A stretch of 64,000 nt of DNA from Methanomassiliicoccaceae archaeon. GTDB taxonomy: Archaea > Thermoplasmatota > Thermoplasmata > Methanomassiliicoccales > Methanomassiliicoccaceae. This document shows, piece after piece, positions 30,708 to 41,520 of the stretch. A program made the translations under genes and the position numbers. The first letter of the stretch is position 1, and every line of letters begins with the position of its first letter. The stretch is from positions 192,001 to 256,000 of the forward strand of contig CAVSJV010000004.1 of NCBI GenBank assembly GCA_963728405.1. Reading direction: 5' to 3'. The notes under the pieces were generated by a model. The model saw nothing but the letters and a program-made list of their open reading frames with translations, had not been told where the DNA came from and did no database searches.

Positions 30708-31667
30708 TCATGGTAGTATGAGAGAGCCGGCCACCCGTAGCTTCCCACCTTCCAGGTACATCAGCACCGCCCTAGATCCGGGGGGATGGACCACCGGTTT
30801 GTCCAGGGACAGAGTGATGGTCGGCTTCCTGAAGTCGCCAGAGTCATTCACGGATTCCACCCGTGCCCCCAGGAACTGCATCCAGTGGCCCAGATGGAGG
30901 ACCATGCCCACCTTCAGTGGCAGCTTCCAGAAGTTGACCAGCTCGGCCTGGGCGGTGACGGTGGTCTCGCTCTTGACTCTGGGGTCCTTGGTCAACACAT
31001 ACCCGCGGTCTAGCTGCTCGACGTCGATGTTCTTCAGCGCCAGCCCCACGCGATCCCCCATACTGGCGTCATTGAAGTCATCGTCGTGCTTCTGGATCGA
31101 CCGGACCAACGCGCTCTTGTTGGTGGGCAGGACCTTGAGGTCATCGTGGCGGTGGATCCTGCCATAGGCCACGTAACCTAGGATCACCACGCCCACACCC
31201 TTGACGTTGAAGAAGTGATCGATCGGTACCGCTCCGACGCTCTCGTCCTCCGCGACTGGAATGTTGCGGGCTTCGTCCAGCAGCATCTCCCTCAGGGCGA
31301 CCGGGTCTTCACCGATGTATTTGTAGGACTCCAGCACCGTCCCCTTGGTCAGAGGGGCAAGCTGCTCGGGCGTCAAGTAGTTGCGCAGCACGATGTATCC
31401 CTGCTTGATGTTGGCACACTGCAGCATGACCATGCTCTCCCCCAGCTGGGCGTTGATAGCATCGACAATGATCAACGCACGGTCGGCCATGGAGACGGCA
31501 TAGAAGAGGGGGGCCACGCGGTCGGGGTACTTGGTCGGCTCAATGAAGGTGACGGTGTCCGTGCCCAGTTTTAGATCGTACAGGGTGATGTCCGAGACGG
31601 TGCCCTTCTTACCCAGGTCCTTGGCGTAATCGTTCGGGCCGATGACCGCGACGTTAAGGTTGGCCAT
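30708..31667 (-). CDS. archaeal SelB-like translation factor (degenerate G domain; aSelBL)
   Basis: LGKKGTVSDITLY, IDHFFNVKGVGVVILG, VRSIQKHD, GDRVGLALK; lacks a canonical P-loop. Confidence 0.85.
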   Translation of the reverse strand: MANLNVAVIGPNDYAKDLGKKGTVSDITLYDLKLGTDTVTFIEPTKYPDRVAPLFYAVSMADRALIIVDAINAQLGESMVMLQCANIKQGYIVLRNYLTPEQLAPLTKGTVLESYKYIGEDPVALREMLLDEARNIPVAEDESVGAVPIDHFFNVKGVGVVILGYVAYGRIHRHDDLKVLPTNKSALVRSIQKHDDDFNDASMGDRVGLALKNIDVEQLDRGYVLTKDPRVKSETTVTAQAELVNFWKLPLKVGMVLHLGHWMQFLGARVESVNDSGDFRKPTITLSLDKPVVHPPGSRAVLMYLEGGKLRVAGSLILP

Positions 31668-31740
31668 GAGCTAAGGTAAAAAAGGCGGGGATAATAGGTT
31701 TGTGGTCGGAAAAGAAAAAGGGCAAGACCTGCCCGGCCCA

Positions 31741-32514
31741 TCATGTCCCGGTAGCCAGGGTCCCGCCGAACACCAGCCAGGCCAGCGCGGTCTTCGCAAA
31801 CAGGCTGAGCAGGATGTAGACGTACTCGCCGAACAGGTAGTCCTTCCACCGCCCCACCTTCCTGTACTGCAATATCATATTGAAGGCGAAGCTGAAGAAG
31901 AATATCGCGATGATCACGTATATCCAGTAGACAAAGTCGGGGACCCTGCCGCCCTGCCCGGAACCCCACAGGTAGATCGAGATGACCAGCCAGGGGATCA
32001 TACCGGCGTAGGTACCGTAGATGTAGGAGGTCCAGTCGGTCTTCTTCGTGGTCTGATTGTGCTTTTCCATCATTAGTCCGAACAGGTTCATGACCGAATT
32101 GATGGCAAAGAGCGGGATGATGGCGGCGATATCTCTGACCCCGACCAGCACGGCGACGACCACGATCATGATGGAGGACGAGATGGCGTACTCGTACCAC
32201 CGAGCATAGTTGTGGTTCTCCTTCAGCCCGGCCACGTACCAGCGGTACAGTGGTCCGGCCAGCAGGAAGTGGTCGAACGCCGATATGAACAGGAATAGGG
32301 CGACCATCGGTCCGAGGGGTAGGTTGAACAACAGCTGCTGCTGAGATACCAGGCTTTGGGTGGTCGGGTCGAACTTCAGAAAGTAGCTGTAGATAGGCTG
32401 GGAGGTGTTGTTCGCAAGGACCAGGATGAGGACGGCCTGTATGAAGTGGATTAGAGCCATCACTCCATTGAACTTCCTCAACCTGCTGAATTTCCTCTCC
32501 TCGCTCATAACCAT
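31741..32514 (-). CDS. heR: heliorhodopsin
   Basis: LRKFN...IHFIQ (His), SAFDH (His), NYARWYEYAISSSIM (counterion Glu), MNLFGLMME, GEYVYILLSLFAK (retinal Lys); 7 TM segments. Confidence 0.96.
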   Translation of the reverse strand: MVMSEERKFSRLRKFNGVMALIHFIQAVLILVLANNTSQPIYSYFLKFDPTTQSLVSQQQLLFNLPLGPMVALFLFISAFDHFLLAGPLYRWYVAGLKENHNYARWYEYAISSSIMIVVVAVLVGVRDIAAIIPLFAINSVMNLFGLMMEKHNQTTKKTDWTSYIYGTYAGMIPWLVISIYLWGSGQGGRVPDFVYWIYVIIAIFFFSFAFNMILQYRKVGRWKDYLFGEYVYILLSLFAKTALAWLVFGGTLATGT

Positions 32515-32647
32515 GTTGATTACCGATATAGTTTTACACGATCCGATATATAATACATTACCCCAAATATTTATGCTGAATCGCGAATGTAATTGAAGGA
32601 ATATTGAAATCCTGGCATGTGATACGAGGGCCTCCAGGGTGTTATGA

Positions 32648-33931
32648 TTGGGCCGCCTCAGCCGCTACGCCGGTAGTGTCCTCAACGAAACTCAAGTCGA
32701 CGGTTTCTCCTTCCTCTATCGAGGCATCCCCCGGTCCTTCCTTCTCCTACTGGTCCTGTTCCTGGGCATATATGCAGTGTACTGGGCAGCCCTCCTCATT
32801 GGCGTGCCCGGCGACATCAGAGAGGTCCTGATCCATGCGCTTGGACTGCTCCTGGGAATCACCCTAGCCATAACCGTGATGAAGCTTTGGCCTCGATTGG
32901 AACCGGCCCTTCCAAAATGGTTCCGGACGGAGATGGAGGCCCCCGTCCTGCATCGATACCATAAGATCCTGGCCTGGGCGGCCATGATCGCCCTGATCGT
33001 GTTATCCACGGTGGGCGCTACCGCGCTGATCTTCGGGGCCATCATGATCATGGGCCTGGTTGGAGGGGTGTACATCCTATTCCGCATGGAGAGATACATC
33101 CTCAAGGGTCTGATCAGGTTAAAGGAACGGTTCCAATGGCTGTGGGCAGGGAGCGGTTGGAGGGTCTTCTTCCTCTTCACCGCCGTATTCTTACTCCTTG
33201 TGGTGATCGTCACTATGGTCGCGGTGACGGTGGGCTCCAATGAGGATCCCATTACCCACGAGGTCAGGTTCCTGCCGACCCTACTTATCCTGATCCCCGC
33301 CATCGCCCTGACCATTCAGATGGTCATACTGTGGACATTTGTCATCCTCCAGTTCTATCGGTCCTGGATGAGCTACCGCCAACGGAAGGGGAAGCTATAT
33401 GGGCCTGGCCGCAAGGCATTGCTACGGACACACCCCACTTCTTTGGCCTGTTATGTGGCAGGGGTCAACTACGCGACAGGGAGTTTCTTCTTCATGTACG
33501 CGGTCCTGCTGGTGTTGCAATCGATCAGCGAGGTCCGCTCTCGGGGCGCTAGCGTTCCAATCGACGTATCCGGCGTGCTGGTGCCCGGTAATGTTCTGGA
33601 CTACATCGCCCTTGCTACCTTCGCCATCGCCTGGATCGCCCTATTATTGAACCTCTCGGGGACCGCGGCCAAGGATGGCCACAGGCTGCTCAATCGCCGG
33701 GTCTTCGCCTCGCTGAGCGTATTCTTCCTCATGGTCCTGTTCATGCAGGCCATAGTCGCCAATGGGGACGAGTTCTTCATCAGCTTGGCCTTCCGAGCCA
33801 TGTACATGGTCGGACTGGCCATGGCACCTATCCTGATCTTCTGGCGGCGTTGGAAGGTCATGGCACAGGAGGGGACGAGGGCCAATAGCTTCGATACCCC
33901 TGTAACCCCCGCGGCCCCTCCCGCTGCCTAG
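32648..33931 (+). CDS. hypothetical polytopic membrane protein (~10-11 TM)
   Basis: 427-aa hydrophobic ORF with TTG start; no recognised family motif. Confidence 0.7.
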   Translation: MGRLSRYAGSVLNETQVDGFSFLYRGIPRSFLLLLVLFLGIYAVYWAALLIGVPGDIREVLIHALGLLLGITLAITVMKLWPRLEPALPKWFRTEMEAPVLHRYHKILAWAAMIALIVLSTVGATALIFGAIMIMGLVGGVYILFRMERYILKGLIRLKERFQWLWAGSGWRVFFLFTAVFLLLVVIVTMVAVTVGSNEDPITHEVRFLPTLLILIPAIALTIQMVILWTFVILQFYRSWMSYRQRKGKLYGPGRKALLRTHPTSLACYVAGVNYATGSFFFMYAVLLVLQSISEVRSRGASVPIDVSGVLVPGNVLDYIALATFAIAWIALLLNLSGTAAKDGHRLLNRRVFASLSVFFLMVLFMQAIVANGDEFFISLAFRAMYMVGLAMAPILIFWRRWKVMAQEGTRANSFDTPVTPAAPPAA

Positions 33932-33937
33932 GCATTC

Positions 33938-35380
33938 TCAAAGATTGTCGCATTCGGACCTGGGCCCCCGAGCCAGTGAGGTGATTGCCCCGATAAAGGC
34001 GATGAGCGCTGAGACCTGGAACGCCAGACTCATCCCTTTTACGAACTCCCCCGCAATGAGCGGGGAAATAATGTCCGCGCTCCCCGAGAAAAGCTGGGAT
34101 ACCACCGCGGACGAAGCGGCCACGGCTATGAGCGCCCCCATGACCGCCAGGCTGAGCGATTGCCCCACCGTTCGCATGGTGGACAATGTGCCGGAGGCTA
34201 CGCCCAGCTGCTCCTTGCGCACACAGCCCATGACCGCACTGGTGTTGGGCGAGGAGAACAGCCCCATACCCACACCTACCACGATCAGATAGGTCAGCAG
34301 AGCAAGGGTCGAGGCGGTCTGGTCCAATGTGCTAAGAAGAAGTAGACCTACGCCCACCAGCACCATGCCCCCTGATGCCAACACCCGTGAGCCCAGTCGG
34401 TCGGAGGCCCATCCAGAGATAGGTGATAGGACGCTCATCACCAGGGGCATGGAAAGCAGGACCAGACCGGTGAGATAGAGGGAGTAGCCGAGCACCCGTT
34501 GCATGTAGAACGACAGGACGAAGGCAATGCCGAAGTAGGCGGTGTAGTTCAACAGGGTAGAGATGTTGGCCATAGCGAACAGACGGTTCTTGGTGATCAG
34601 TTCGAGGTCCAGCATCGCCTCCCGGCCCTTTCGCGCTTCGATGAACAGGAAGATGATGAAGCTTAACACAGACAGGATCGCCAGCTCGATGATGGGCAGG
34701 GAGGTCCACCCGATATCCTCCCCTATGGTCAGGGCGATGAGCAGGGAGACCAGCCCGATGCCGAAGGTCACCGCTCCGGTGATATCGAACCGCTTGACCT
34801 TGATCTCTCGCGCCGGCTCGGTCAGCTTCCAGGCGGCCAGGACGATTACCACGATCCCGATGGGGATGTTCACCCAGAAGATCGATTGCCAGCCCAGCGA
34901 CCCGGTCAGGAACCCACCGAGAGGCGGGCCCAGGCTGAGGCCGATATAGACGGACATGGCATTGATGCCAAGGGCCTTGCCCCTCTCCTGGGGCGGGAAG
35001 GCGGCAGTGACTATGGCCGGAGATGTGGCCATGATGAAGGCGGCCCCCATCCCCTGCAAGATGCGGAAAACGATCAGCTGGGCCCCGTCCTGGGCCGTGC
35101 TGCAGAGGAACGAACCCACGACGAAGACGGCGAAGCCCAGGATGAACAGGGGCTTGCGGCCCCTGATATCGGACAATCGCCCGACCGTGAGCAGGAGGCT
35201 GGCCAAGGTCACCAGATAGGCAGTAGGGATCCATATCGAGGTCGCGTAGTCCATGTGCAGGCTCTGCGAGATGGTGGGTAGCGAGACGCTCACTATGGTG
35301 GAGTCCAGCGGCCCCATCAGGGCACCCACGCAGGTGATGGCCAGGACGATCCACCTGTCGGTCTTGCGGTCTAGTGGCAT
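33938..35380 (-). CDS. MFS drug/H+ antiporter (DHA2, 14 TM)
   Basis: LDSTIVSVSLP, GRLSDIRGRK, WQSIFWVNIPIG. Confidence 0.93.
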   Translation of the reverse strand: MPLDRKTDRWIVLAITCVGALMGPLDSTIVSVSLPTISQSLHMDYATSIWIPTAYLVTLASLLLTVGRLSDIRGRKPLFILGFAVFVVGSFLCSTAQDGAQLIVFRILQGMGAAFIMATSPAIVTAAFPPQERGKALGINAMSVYIGLSLGPPLGGFLTGSLGWQSIFWVNIPIGIVVIVLAAWKLTEPAREIKVKRFDITGAVTFGIGLVSLLIALTIGEDIGWTSLPIIELAILSVLSFIIFLFIEARKGREAMLDLELITKNRLFAMANISTLLNYTAYFGIAFVLSFYMQRVLGYSLYLTGLVLLSMPLVMSVLSPISGWASDRLGSRVLASGGMVLVGVGLLLLSTLDQTASTLALLTYLIVVGVGMGLFSSPNTSAVMGCVRKEQLGVASGTLSTMRTVGQSLSLAVMGALIAVAASSAVVSQLFSGSADIISPLIAGEFVKGMSLAFQVSALIAFIGAITSLARGPRSECDNL

Positions 35381-35557
35381 GGAGCACGGACCCGACCTGG
35401 GCAGAAGCTCAGGACAGTCAAGAAATCGGACTGGACATAGATAAGGCTGAGGGACGGGGCTTTCTCAATTTATCTTATTTTCGCCAATTGATAAGCGAAG
35501 CGAAAGCGATAATTATCGACTGTCCATTACAAATGGCGTTGACAGGAGGACCACATT

Positions 35558-36028
35558 ATGCGTTCTGAAGATGGCGAACCCGAGGTCGAGACTCCCGCCC
35601 AGGAAGCGGCCAGCGGACTGAGGGGGATCGAGAGCAGATTGCATAATGACCGGGTCATGAGCCGTTGTCCTCGCTGTGGCGTGTTCGTCCAGGACGACTA
35701 TCTGGTCTGCCCCTACTGCGCCCTGTCCCTCAAGAAGGAATGCCAGAGGTGCCACCGACAGATACCCCTCAACTGGAACGCCTGCTCGTTCTGCGGCCAC
35801 GTTATTATCCCCATCGTCCCTCCGAACTCGGAGAGACTATCGATCGAGCTGCCCACCAAGCATGACGACCGGCCGGTGCAGGTGATGGTGAGCGGCAAGG
35901 TCATGCTCCGGGGGCGCTGCCCCAAGTGCACCCGTTTGATCATGGACGATGCCAGATACTGCGACAGCTGCGGCTTGAAGGTCGAGGACCGCTTACTCCG
36001 CCCGATAAGCAGCGAACCAGGTCAGTGA
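35558..36028 (+). CDS. multiple zinc-ribbon protein
   Basis: Six CxxC motifs (CPRC, CPYC, CQRC, CSFC, CPKC, CDSC); GGAGG RBS. Confidence 0.8.
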   Translation: MRSEDGEPEVETPAQEAASGLRGIESRLHNDRVMSRCPRCGVFVQDDYLVCPYCALSLKKECQRCHRQIPLNWNACSFCGHVIIPIVPPNSERLSIELPTKHDDRPVQVMVSGKVMLRGRCPKCTRLIMDDARYCDSCGLKVEDRLLRPISSEPGQ

Positions 36029-36202
36029 AGGGGTGTGCTCCTCGGGCCGCCGTCCGATCACATAGTGATCGAGCGGTCGGTACGACACCTCGCTCCGGAC
36101 CACCCCTTCTCTGGCTGACCGGATAACGGCGGATCACTCTTGTTCTGTTGGGGACATGAGTTAAAAACCCCCCGGCATCCATATTGTATCGAAGGTTAAC
36201 AC

Positions 36203-36868
36203 ATGGACGAGAGAATGGTTTGTAAGGAAGGTATTCCATTGCTCGGGGACCGCTTCCCTGACATGGAGGTCGTGACCACCCATGGTATGATGAAGCTGCC
36301 CCAGGACATGTCGGGCAAGTGGTTCGTGCTGTTCAGCCACCCCGGGGACTTTACCCCGGTATGTACGACCGAGTTCTACGCCTTCACAAAGAAGGCTGAC
36401 AAGTTCAAGGAGCTGAACGCCGAGCTGGTAGGCCTGTCCATTGACCAGGTCCAATCGCATATCAAGTGGATCGAATGGATCAATGAGAATCTCAAGATCG
36501 AGGTGCCGTTCCCGATCATCGCCGACGGCATCGGAGCCGTGGCCAGCAAGCTGGGCATGATCCATCCTGGGAAGGGGACCAACACGGTGCGGTCTGTATT
36601 CATCGTCGATGACAAGGGCATCGTCAGGCTCATGATCTACTACCCCCAGGAGGTCGGTCGGAGTGTGGACGAGGTGCTCAGATCACTGAAGGCCCTCCAG
36701 GTCTCAGACAAGTACAACGTGGCGCTGCCGGAGAACTGGCCCAACAATGAGCTGGTCAAGGACGAGGTCATCATCAAGCCGGCCGCGGACGAGAAGACCG
36801 CCAAGGAGCGCAAGGAACAATACGCCGACAACTGCTACGACTGGTGGTTCTGCCATAAGAAATTATGA
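36203..36868 (+). CDS. peroxiredoxin (archaeal Prx6/AhpC type)
   Basis: [29 protein letters not shown]. Confidence 0.95.
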   Translation: MDERMVCKEGIPLLGDRFPDMEVVTTHGMMKLPQDMSGKWFVLFSHPGDFTPVCTTEFYAFTKKADKFKELNAELVGLSIDQVQSHIKWIEWINENLKIEVPFPIIADGIGAVASKLGMIHPGKGTNTVRSVFIVDDKGIVRLMIYYPQEVGRSVDEVLRSLKALQVSDKYNVALPENWPNNELVKDEVIIKPAADEKTAKERKEQYADNCYDWWFCHKKL

Positions 36869-36879
36869 GCGGGATCCCT

Positions 36880-39505
36880 TCATCCTTTCTTTTCCTCTTT
36901 TGGGGCGCTCGCTGAGAAATCCAGAGTGTGCCGACGGTAGAACCACACCTTCAGAACGTCCACGAGTACTAGATAGGTGATCGCGGCCGCTGCCAAGAAC
37001 AGATAGAAGCCCCCGGGCAGGTGTGCCAGCTGGAACGGGCCGGCCAGTGGAGAATAGGGGACGAGGAGGGCGAAGGTCACCACAGCCATACTGCTCAGCA
37101 CCAGGAGTAGGCTGGGCCTGCTGAGAAAGAAAGGGGTCTTTTGGGTACGGATTGCGAAGACAACCAGGGTCTGAGTGACAATGGATTCCACGAACCAGGC
37201 CGTCTGGAACAGAGTGTCGGTGGCATTGAAAACGAAGATGAGAACGAAAAAGGTCAGGAAATCATACAAGGAACTGATAGGGCCGAAGAACAGCATGAAG
37301 TCCCGAACATACCGCACATCGAGCTTCTTGGGTCTTTTTGTGTACTCGTCGTCCACATGGTCGGTGGGGATGGTCGTTTCGGAAAGGTCGTAAAGAAGAT
37401 TGTTGAGCAGGATCTGCAGGGGAAGCATCGGCAGGAAGGGTAGGAAAAGGGAGGCTCCCGCGGCCGAGAACATGTTGCCGAAGTTGGAACTTATGCCCAT
37501 CTGGATATACTTCATGGTATTGCCGAATGTCTTCCGGCCGTCGAGGACCCCGGCATTGAGCACCCGGAGGTCGTTCTTTAATAGGATAATGTCGGCGGAC
37601 TCCTTGGCCACGTCCACTGCATTGTCCACCGAGATGCCCACGTCCGCGGCGCGGATGGACGTCGCGTCGTTGACCCCGTCACCCAGATACCCTACCACGT
37701 GCCCGTTGTCCTTTAGGGCCAGGATGACATCGTTCTTCTGAGCGGGGTTCAGGCGGGCAAAGATGTTTGCATCCTCTACCGCTTTCTTCCGCTGCCCTTT
37801 GTTCATCCGAGCAAGGTCACTGCCAAGGACGATACCGGTGATCTCGAACCCCAATTCGGAGCAGACCTTCTTGGTAACCAGCTCGCTGTCCCCGGTGATT
37901 ATCTTGGTGGAGATGCCCGACCGCATCAGCATTTGTAGAGCTTCCTTAGCGCTCTCTTTGGGGGGGTCCAGAAATGCCACGAAGCCGGTGAACACAAGCT
38001 CCTTCTCGTCCTCGATCCCATAATCCCCGTGGTCCTCCACCTTCTTATACGCCACGCCGAGCAGGCGCAGGCCGTCTGCGCTCATCCGCTCGTACATCGT
38101 TCGAAGCTGAGCGACCAAAGCCGGGTCCAGGTCCCGGACGGTCCCGTTCTCATCATATTGGGAGGAGACCTGGAACATGCTCTCGGGGGCGCCCTTGGTG
38201 ATCATCAGGGCCTCGCCCTCGTGCCGGACGATGACCGAGACCCTTCGGCGTTCGAAATCGAAGGGCAGTTCCTCTATGAACGCGTACCCCGAAACGTCCA
38301 CGCCACCATGGGTCAGGATGGCATTGTCAAGCTGACTTTTCAGGCCGGTCTCGAAGATGCTGTTCAAATAGGACAACCGCAGGACCACATCGCAGTGCTG
38401 CCTTCCCCTCACTCCAACATATTGTACCAGGGCGACCTTGTTCTGAGTAAGCGTCCCGGTCTTGTCGGTGCATAGGACGTCCATACTGCCGTAATTCTGG
38501 ATGGATTCCAGGCGCTTCACGATCACCCCCTTGCGGCTCATGTCCAGAGCCCCTTCGGACAAGTTGATGGTCAGAATGAGAGGCAGCAGCTCCGGGGTCA
38601 GGCCCACGGCCAGGGCCACGGCGAACAAGAGGGACTCCAGGAGGCTGCGCTGGTACAGCGCATTGATCAGGAAGACCGTGGCCACCAGAACGAAGGTGAC
38701 CCGCATGATCAGATAACCGAACCGGCGAGACCCTTTCTCGAATTCGGTCTCGGGGCGTCGCTCGGTCAAGCGCTGAACGACCTGGGCATAACTGGTATGG
38801 ATCCCTGTGGATACGACCGTGACCACCGCCGAACCATTGGCGACCGAGGTACCCATGAACAGAAAGTCCGACCACTCGGTGCTGTCGGCGACCTTGTCCG
38901 GAGAGATGGGTTGGGAGCTTTTCTCCACGGCCATCGATTCACCGGTCAATGTGGATTGGTTGACGAAAAGGCTCCTGCAAGTTATGGCCCGACAGTCAGC
39001 TGGAACCAGGTCCCCGGCGGTCAGGTGGACGATGTCCCCGGGAACGATGTTGGCCAGTGGCACATCTTTCTTTTCCCCTTCCCGGACCACCGTGACCATG
39101 GTGGAGACCCTACGAGAGAGCTCGAGCGAAGCCTTCTCCGCCCGGAACTCCTGGGCGTAGGTGAGGACGGTGCTGAAGGCCACGATGATGTAGATGACGA
39201 TCGCGCTGACCGACTCACCGGTGAATAGGGTGACAGTCCCAGCTAAAAGCAGGATGATGATCAAGGGGTTGCGGAAATAGGACAGGAATTTGGAAAGCCC
39301 CATTCCTTTCTTCCGGCCCGCCACGGCATTGGACCCATAGGTTACCAGCCTCCGTGCAACCTCTTCTTCGCTCAGTCCCCTTTCGATGTTCGTCCCCAGC
39401 TTGTCAAGGACCGTCCTGAGGAGGGAGCGTTAGGACATCGGCATTAGTGATCAGAGCTTCGCTATCGGACATGCTGTCGGCAGAGATGGAGTGCTTCTCG
39501 GCCAT
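36880..39505 (-). CDS. mgtA: Mg2+-translocating P-type ATPase (frameshift ~39411)
   Basis: TGES, LTPELLP, CTDKTGTLT, FDFERRR, GDGVND, SSNFGNMFS; the N-terminus MAEKHS...DVLDKLGT..RGLSEEEV joins after a one-base correction. Confidence 0.92.
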
Positions 39506-39611
39506 GATCATCCTACGTTGGGCTCAAGGACTATTTTATCCACAGGGGAGCGCTGGATGTGGTCCAAAAGAAGAAATACCGGTAGTTCGGAGAGAGGGAC
39601 TGGCGAATGCT

Positions 39612-40292
39612 ATGGCGCAAAAAGGGTTTTATTCATTGCCAAAACTGCCCTATGACTACGGTGACCTGGCCCCGTTCCTTTCCGAACAGCTGCTGAAGGT
39701 CCACCATGATGGCCACCATAAGAAGTATGTCGATCAGGCCAATGGGCTGCTCGAGAAGTTCGACAAGGCCCGGGCCGATGGCGCCACGCTCAACATGAAG
39801 TGCGAGGCCCAGGCATTGGCCTTCAACGTAGGCGGGCTTCACCTCCATTCCCTTTACTGGGAGAATATGAGGCCGACCTCCAATGGCGGAGGCGGGAAGC
39901 CTGGAGGGTTGATCGCTGATGCCTTGGACAAGGAGTTCGGTAGCTACGACCGTTTCAAGAAGGAGTTCACCGAGGCGGCCAACAGCGTCGAGTCATCGGG
40001 TTGGGCGGCCCTTTCCTTTTGCACCCAGACCCAACGGCCCCTCATCATCCAGGTGAAGGACCATGACCTGTACACCCTCCCCGATTACAAGCTGCTCCTG
40101 GCCATGGACGTTTGGGAGCACGCCTACTACCTAGACTACAAGAACGAGAAGCCCAAGTACACCGCGGGCTTCTGGAATGTCGTCAACTGGGATGCGGCTG
40201 ACCACCGGTTGGAGCACATTCTAGGCGGAAAGAAGGACGAGTCGCAAAAGGTGGTCTCCGCCGCTTCGGCAGCAACGATTCCCACCCGATGA
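39612..40292 (+). CDS. sod: Fe/Mn superoxide dismutase
   Basis: LPKLPYDY, HHDGHH, HSLYW, DVWEHAYYLDY. Confidence 0.96.
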   Translation: MAQKGFYSLPKLPYDYGDLAPFLSEQLLKVHHDGHHKKYVDQANGLLEKFDKARADGATLNMKCEAQALAFNVGGLHLHSLYWENMRPTSNGGGGKPGGLIADALDKEFGSYDRFKKEFTEAANSVESSGWAALSFCTQTQRPLIIQVKDHDLYTLPDYKLLLAMDVWEHAYYLDYKNEKPKYTAGFWNVVNWDAADHRLEHILGGKKDESQKVVSAASAATIPTR

Positions 40293-40380
40293 ACCGGAGA
40301 ACGAAAGGTTCCCTCGAAAACGAAATATAGTGACATGTCCCATGCCGGTTCAATAGTTCGAAGGGAGAGAGGTAGATGCT

Positions 40381-41013
40381 ATGAAAAGATGGTATGACGA
40401 ACTCAAGAAGGGAGATCATGCCGCTCACATCTACCGTTCGGACGGAGAGCAGGCCAAGATCATCATCGACCTCCTGGCCTGGATGGAAGAGGGCGAGAAG
40501 CTCGTGATCATGAGCGACCACGAGGAGGGAGCGCGACTCCTGTCACGGTCCCGGCTTTTGGAGGCTGCACTGGAGGATGGACATTTGGACATCATTTCTG
40601 CCCGAAGTCCGCTGTCCAGGTCGGGAAGGTTCCGTGCAGAAGCCTTGATGGACATCATCAACCTGGAACTGAGCAATGCCTTGAACCAGGGACGCTCCGG
40701 TCTGATCTTCGTTTGGGACCTGAAATGGTTATCTCAGGAACCGGAGGATTTCGAGGCCCACATCATGCAGCAGTCCAAGCTTGCCCTCTCATCGCTCCCC
40801 CGCGACCTCACCCTTATAGGTCAGTACGGGGTGACCAGCTTCTCCGCCCAACAGGTCGAACGCGTACTGCGAGTCAACCAGCTGGTGCTGGAGGATGGGC
40901 GGCTAAACCGCAACTTCTGGGTGGTCTCCACCACTAGCATGGGCGGTCCGCCTCGCGACGACCGCCCCCCATCCCGCTTACCGGCGGAGAGGTCCAAAGC
41001 AAAGAGCTCATAG
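40381..41013 (+). CDS. stand-alone MEDS-domain sensor protein
   Basis: GDHAAHIYRSD.EQ, GEK, LIGQY...FS pattern of MEDS. Confidence 0.75.
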   Translation: MKRWYDELKKGDHAAHIYRSDGEQAKIIIDLLAWMEEGEKLVIMSDHEEGARLLSRSRLLEAALEDGHLDIISARSPLSRSGRFRAEALMDIINLELSNALNQGRSGLIFVWDLKWLSQEPEDFEAHIMQQSKLALSSLPRDLTLIGQYGVTSFSAQQVERVLRVNQLVLEDGRLNRNFWVVSTTSMGGPPRDDRPPSRLPAERSKAKSS

Positions 41014-41447
41014 CCCTGGATAGCGGACCACTGGCTCCAGGACCATGGTGACTTCGATGTTGAGGAAGCCCAGGGGCCTGATCTTCTTGTCGATCATCTC
41101 GATCAGCTCGGTGTTGTTGGAGGCCCGCACGCGGAACATGATCCGCCGCTCACCGGTCACGCGCAGGATTTCCGACAGTTCTCCATGGAGAACAGGGAGG
41201 CGATGGCGGTCTGGGACTTGTCGGGCGGGATATCGGCCGAGATATAGGCGTCCGAGTTGACCCCCACCCGCTCCTGGTTCACGATGGCCGAGTACCCCAT
41301 GATGGTCTTGTTCTCTTCGAGCTTCTTGATCCGGTCACGGATGGTGGAGGGGGACCTATCGACCATGGCCCCGATCTCCTCATAGGTGAGCTTGCCGTTC
41401 CGCTGCAGCAATCGGAGTATTTTCTGATCTAGGTCGTCTTGCAGCAT
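41008..41447 (-). CDS. Lrp/AsnC-family regulator (frameshift ~41177)
   Basis: DDLDQKILRLLQRNGK...RIKKLE HTH; the RAM domain (EILRVTGERRIMFRV) continues in the shifted frame to TGA at 41008. Confidence 0.88.
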
Positions 41448-41520
41448 CCAATTAACGTACGCTCCCGGCCGGTAAAATAGCTTTCTGATTCGCCGTGGGA
41501 GCGGTCGTAAGGATATATCC

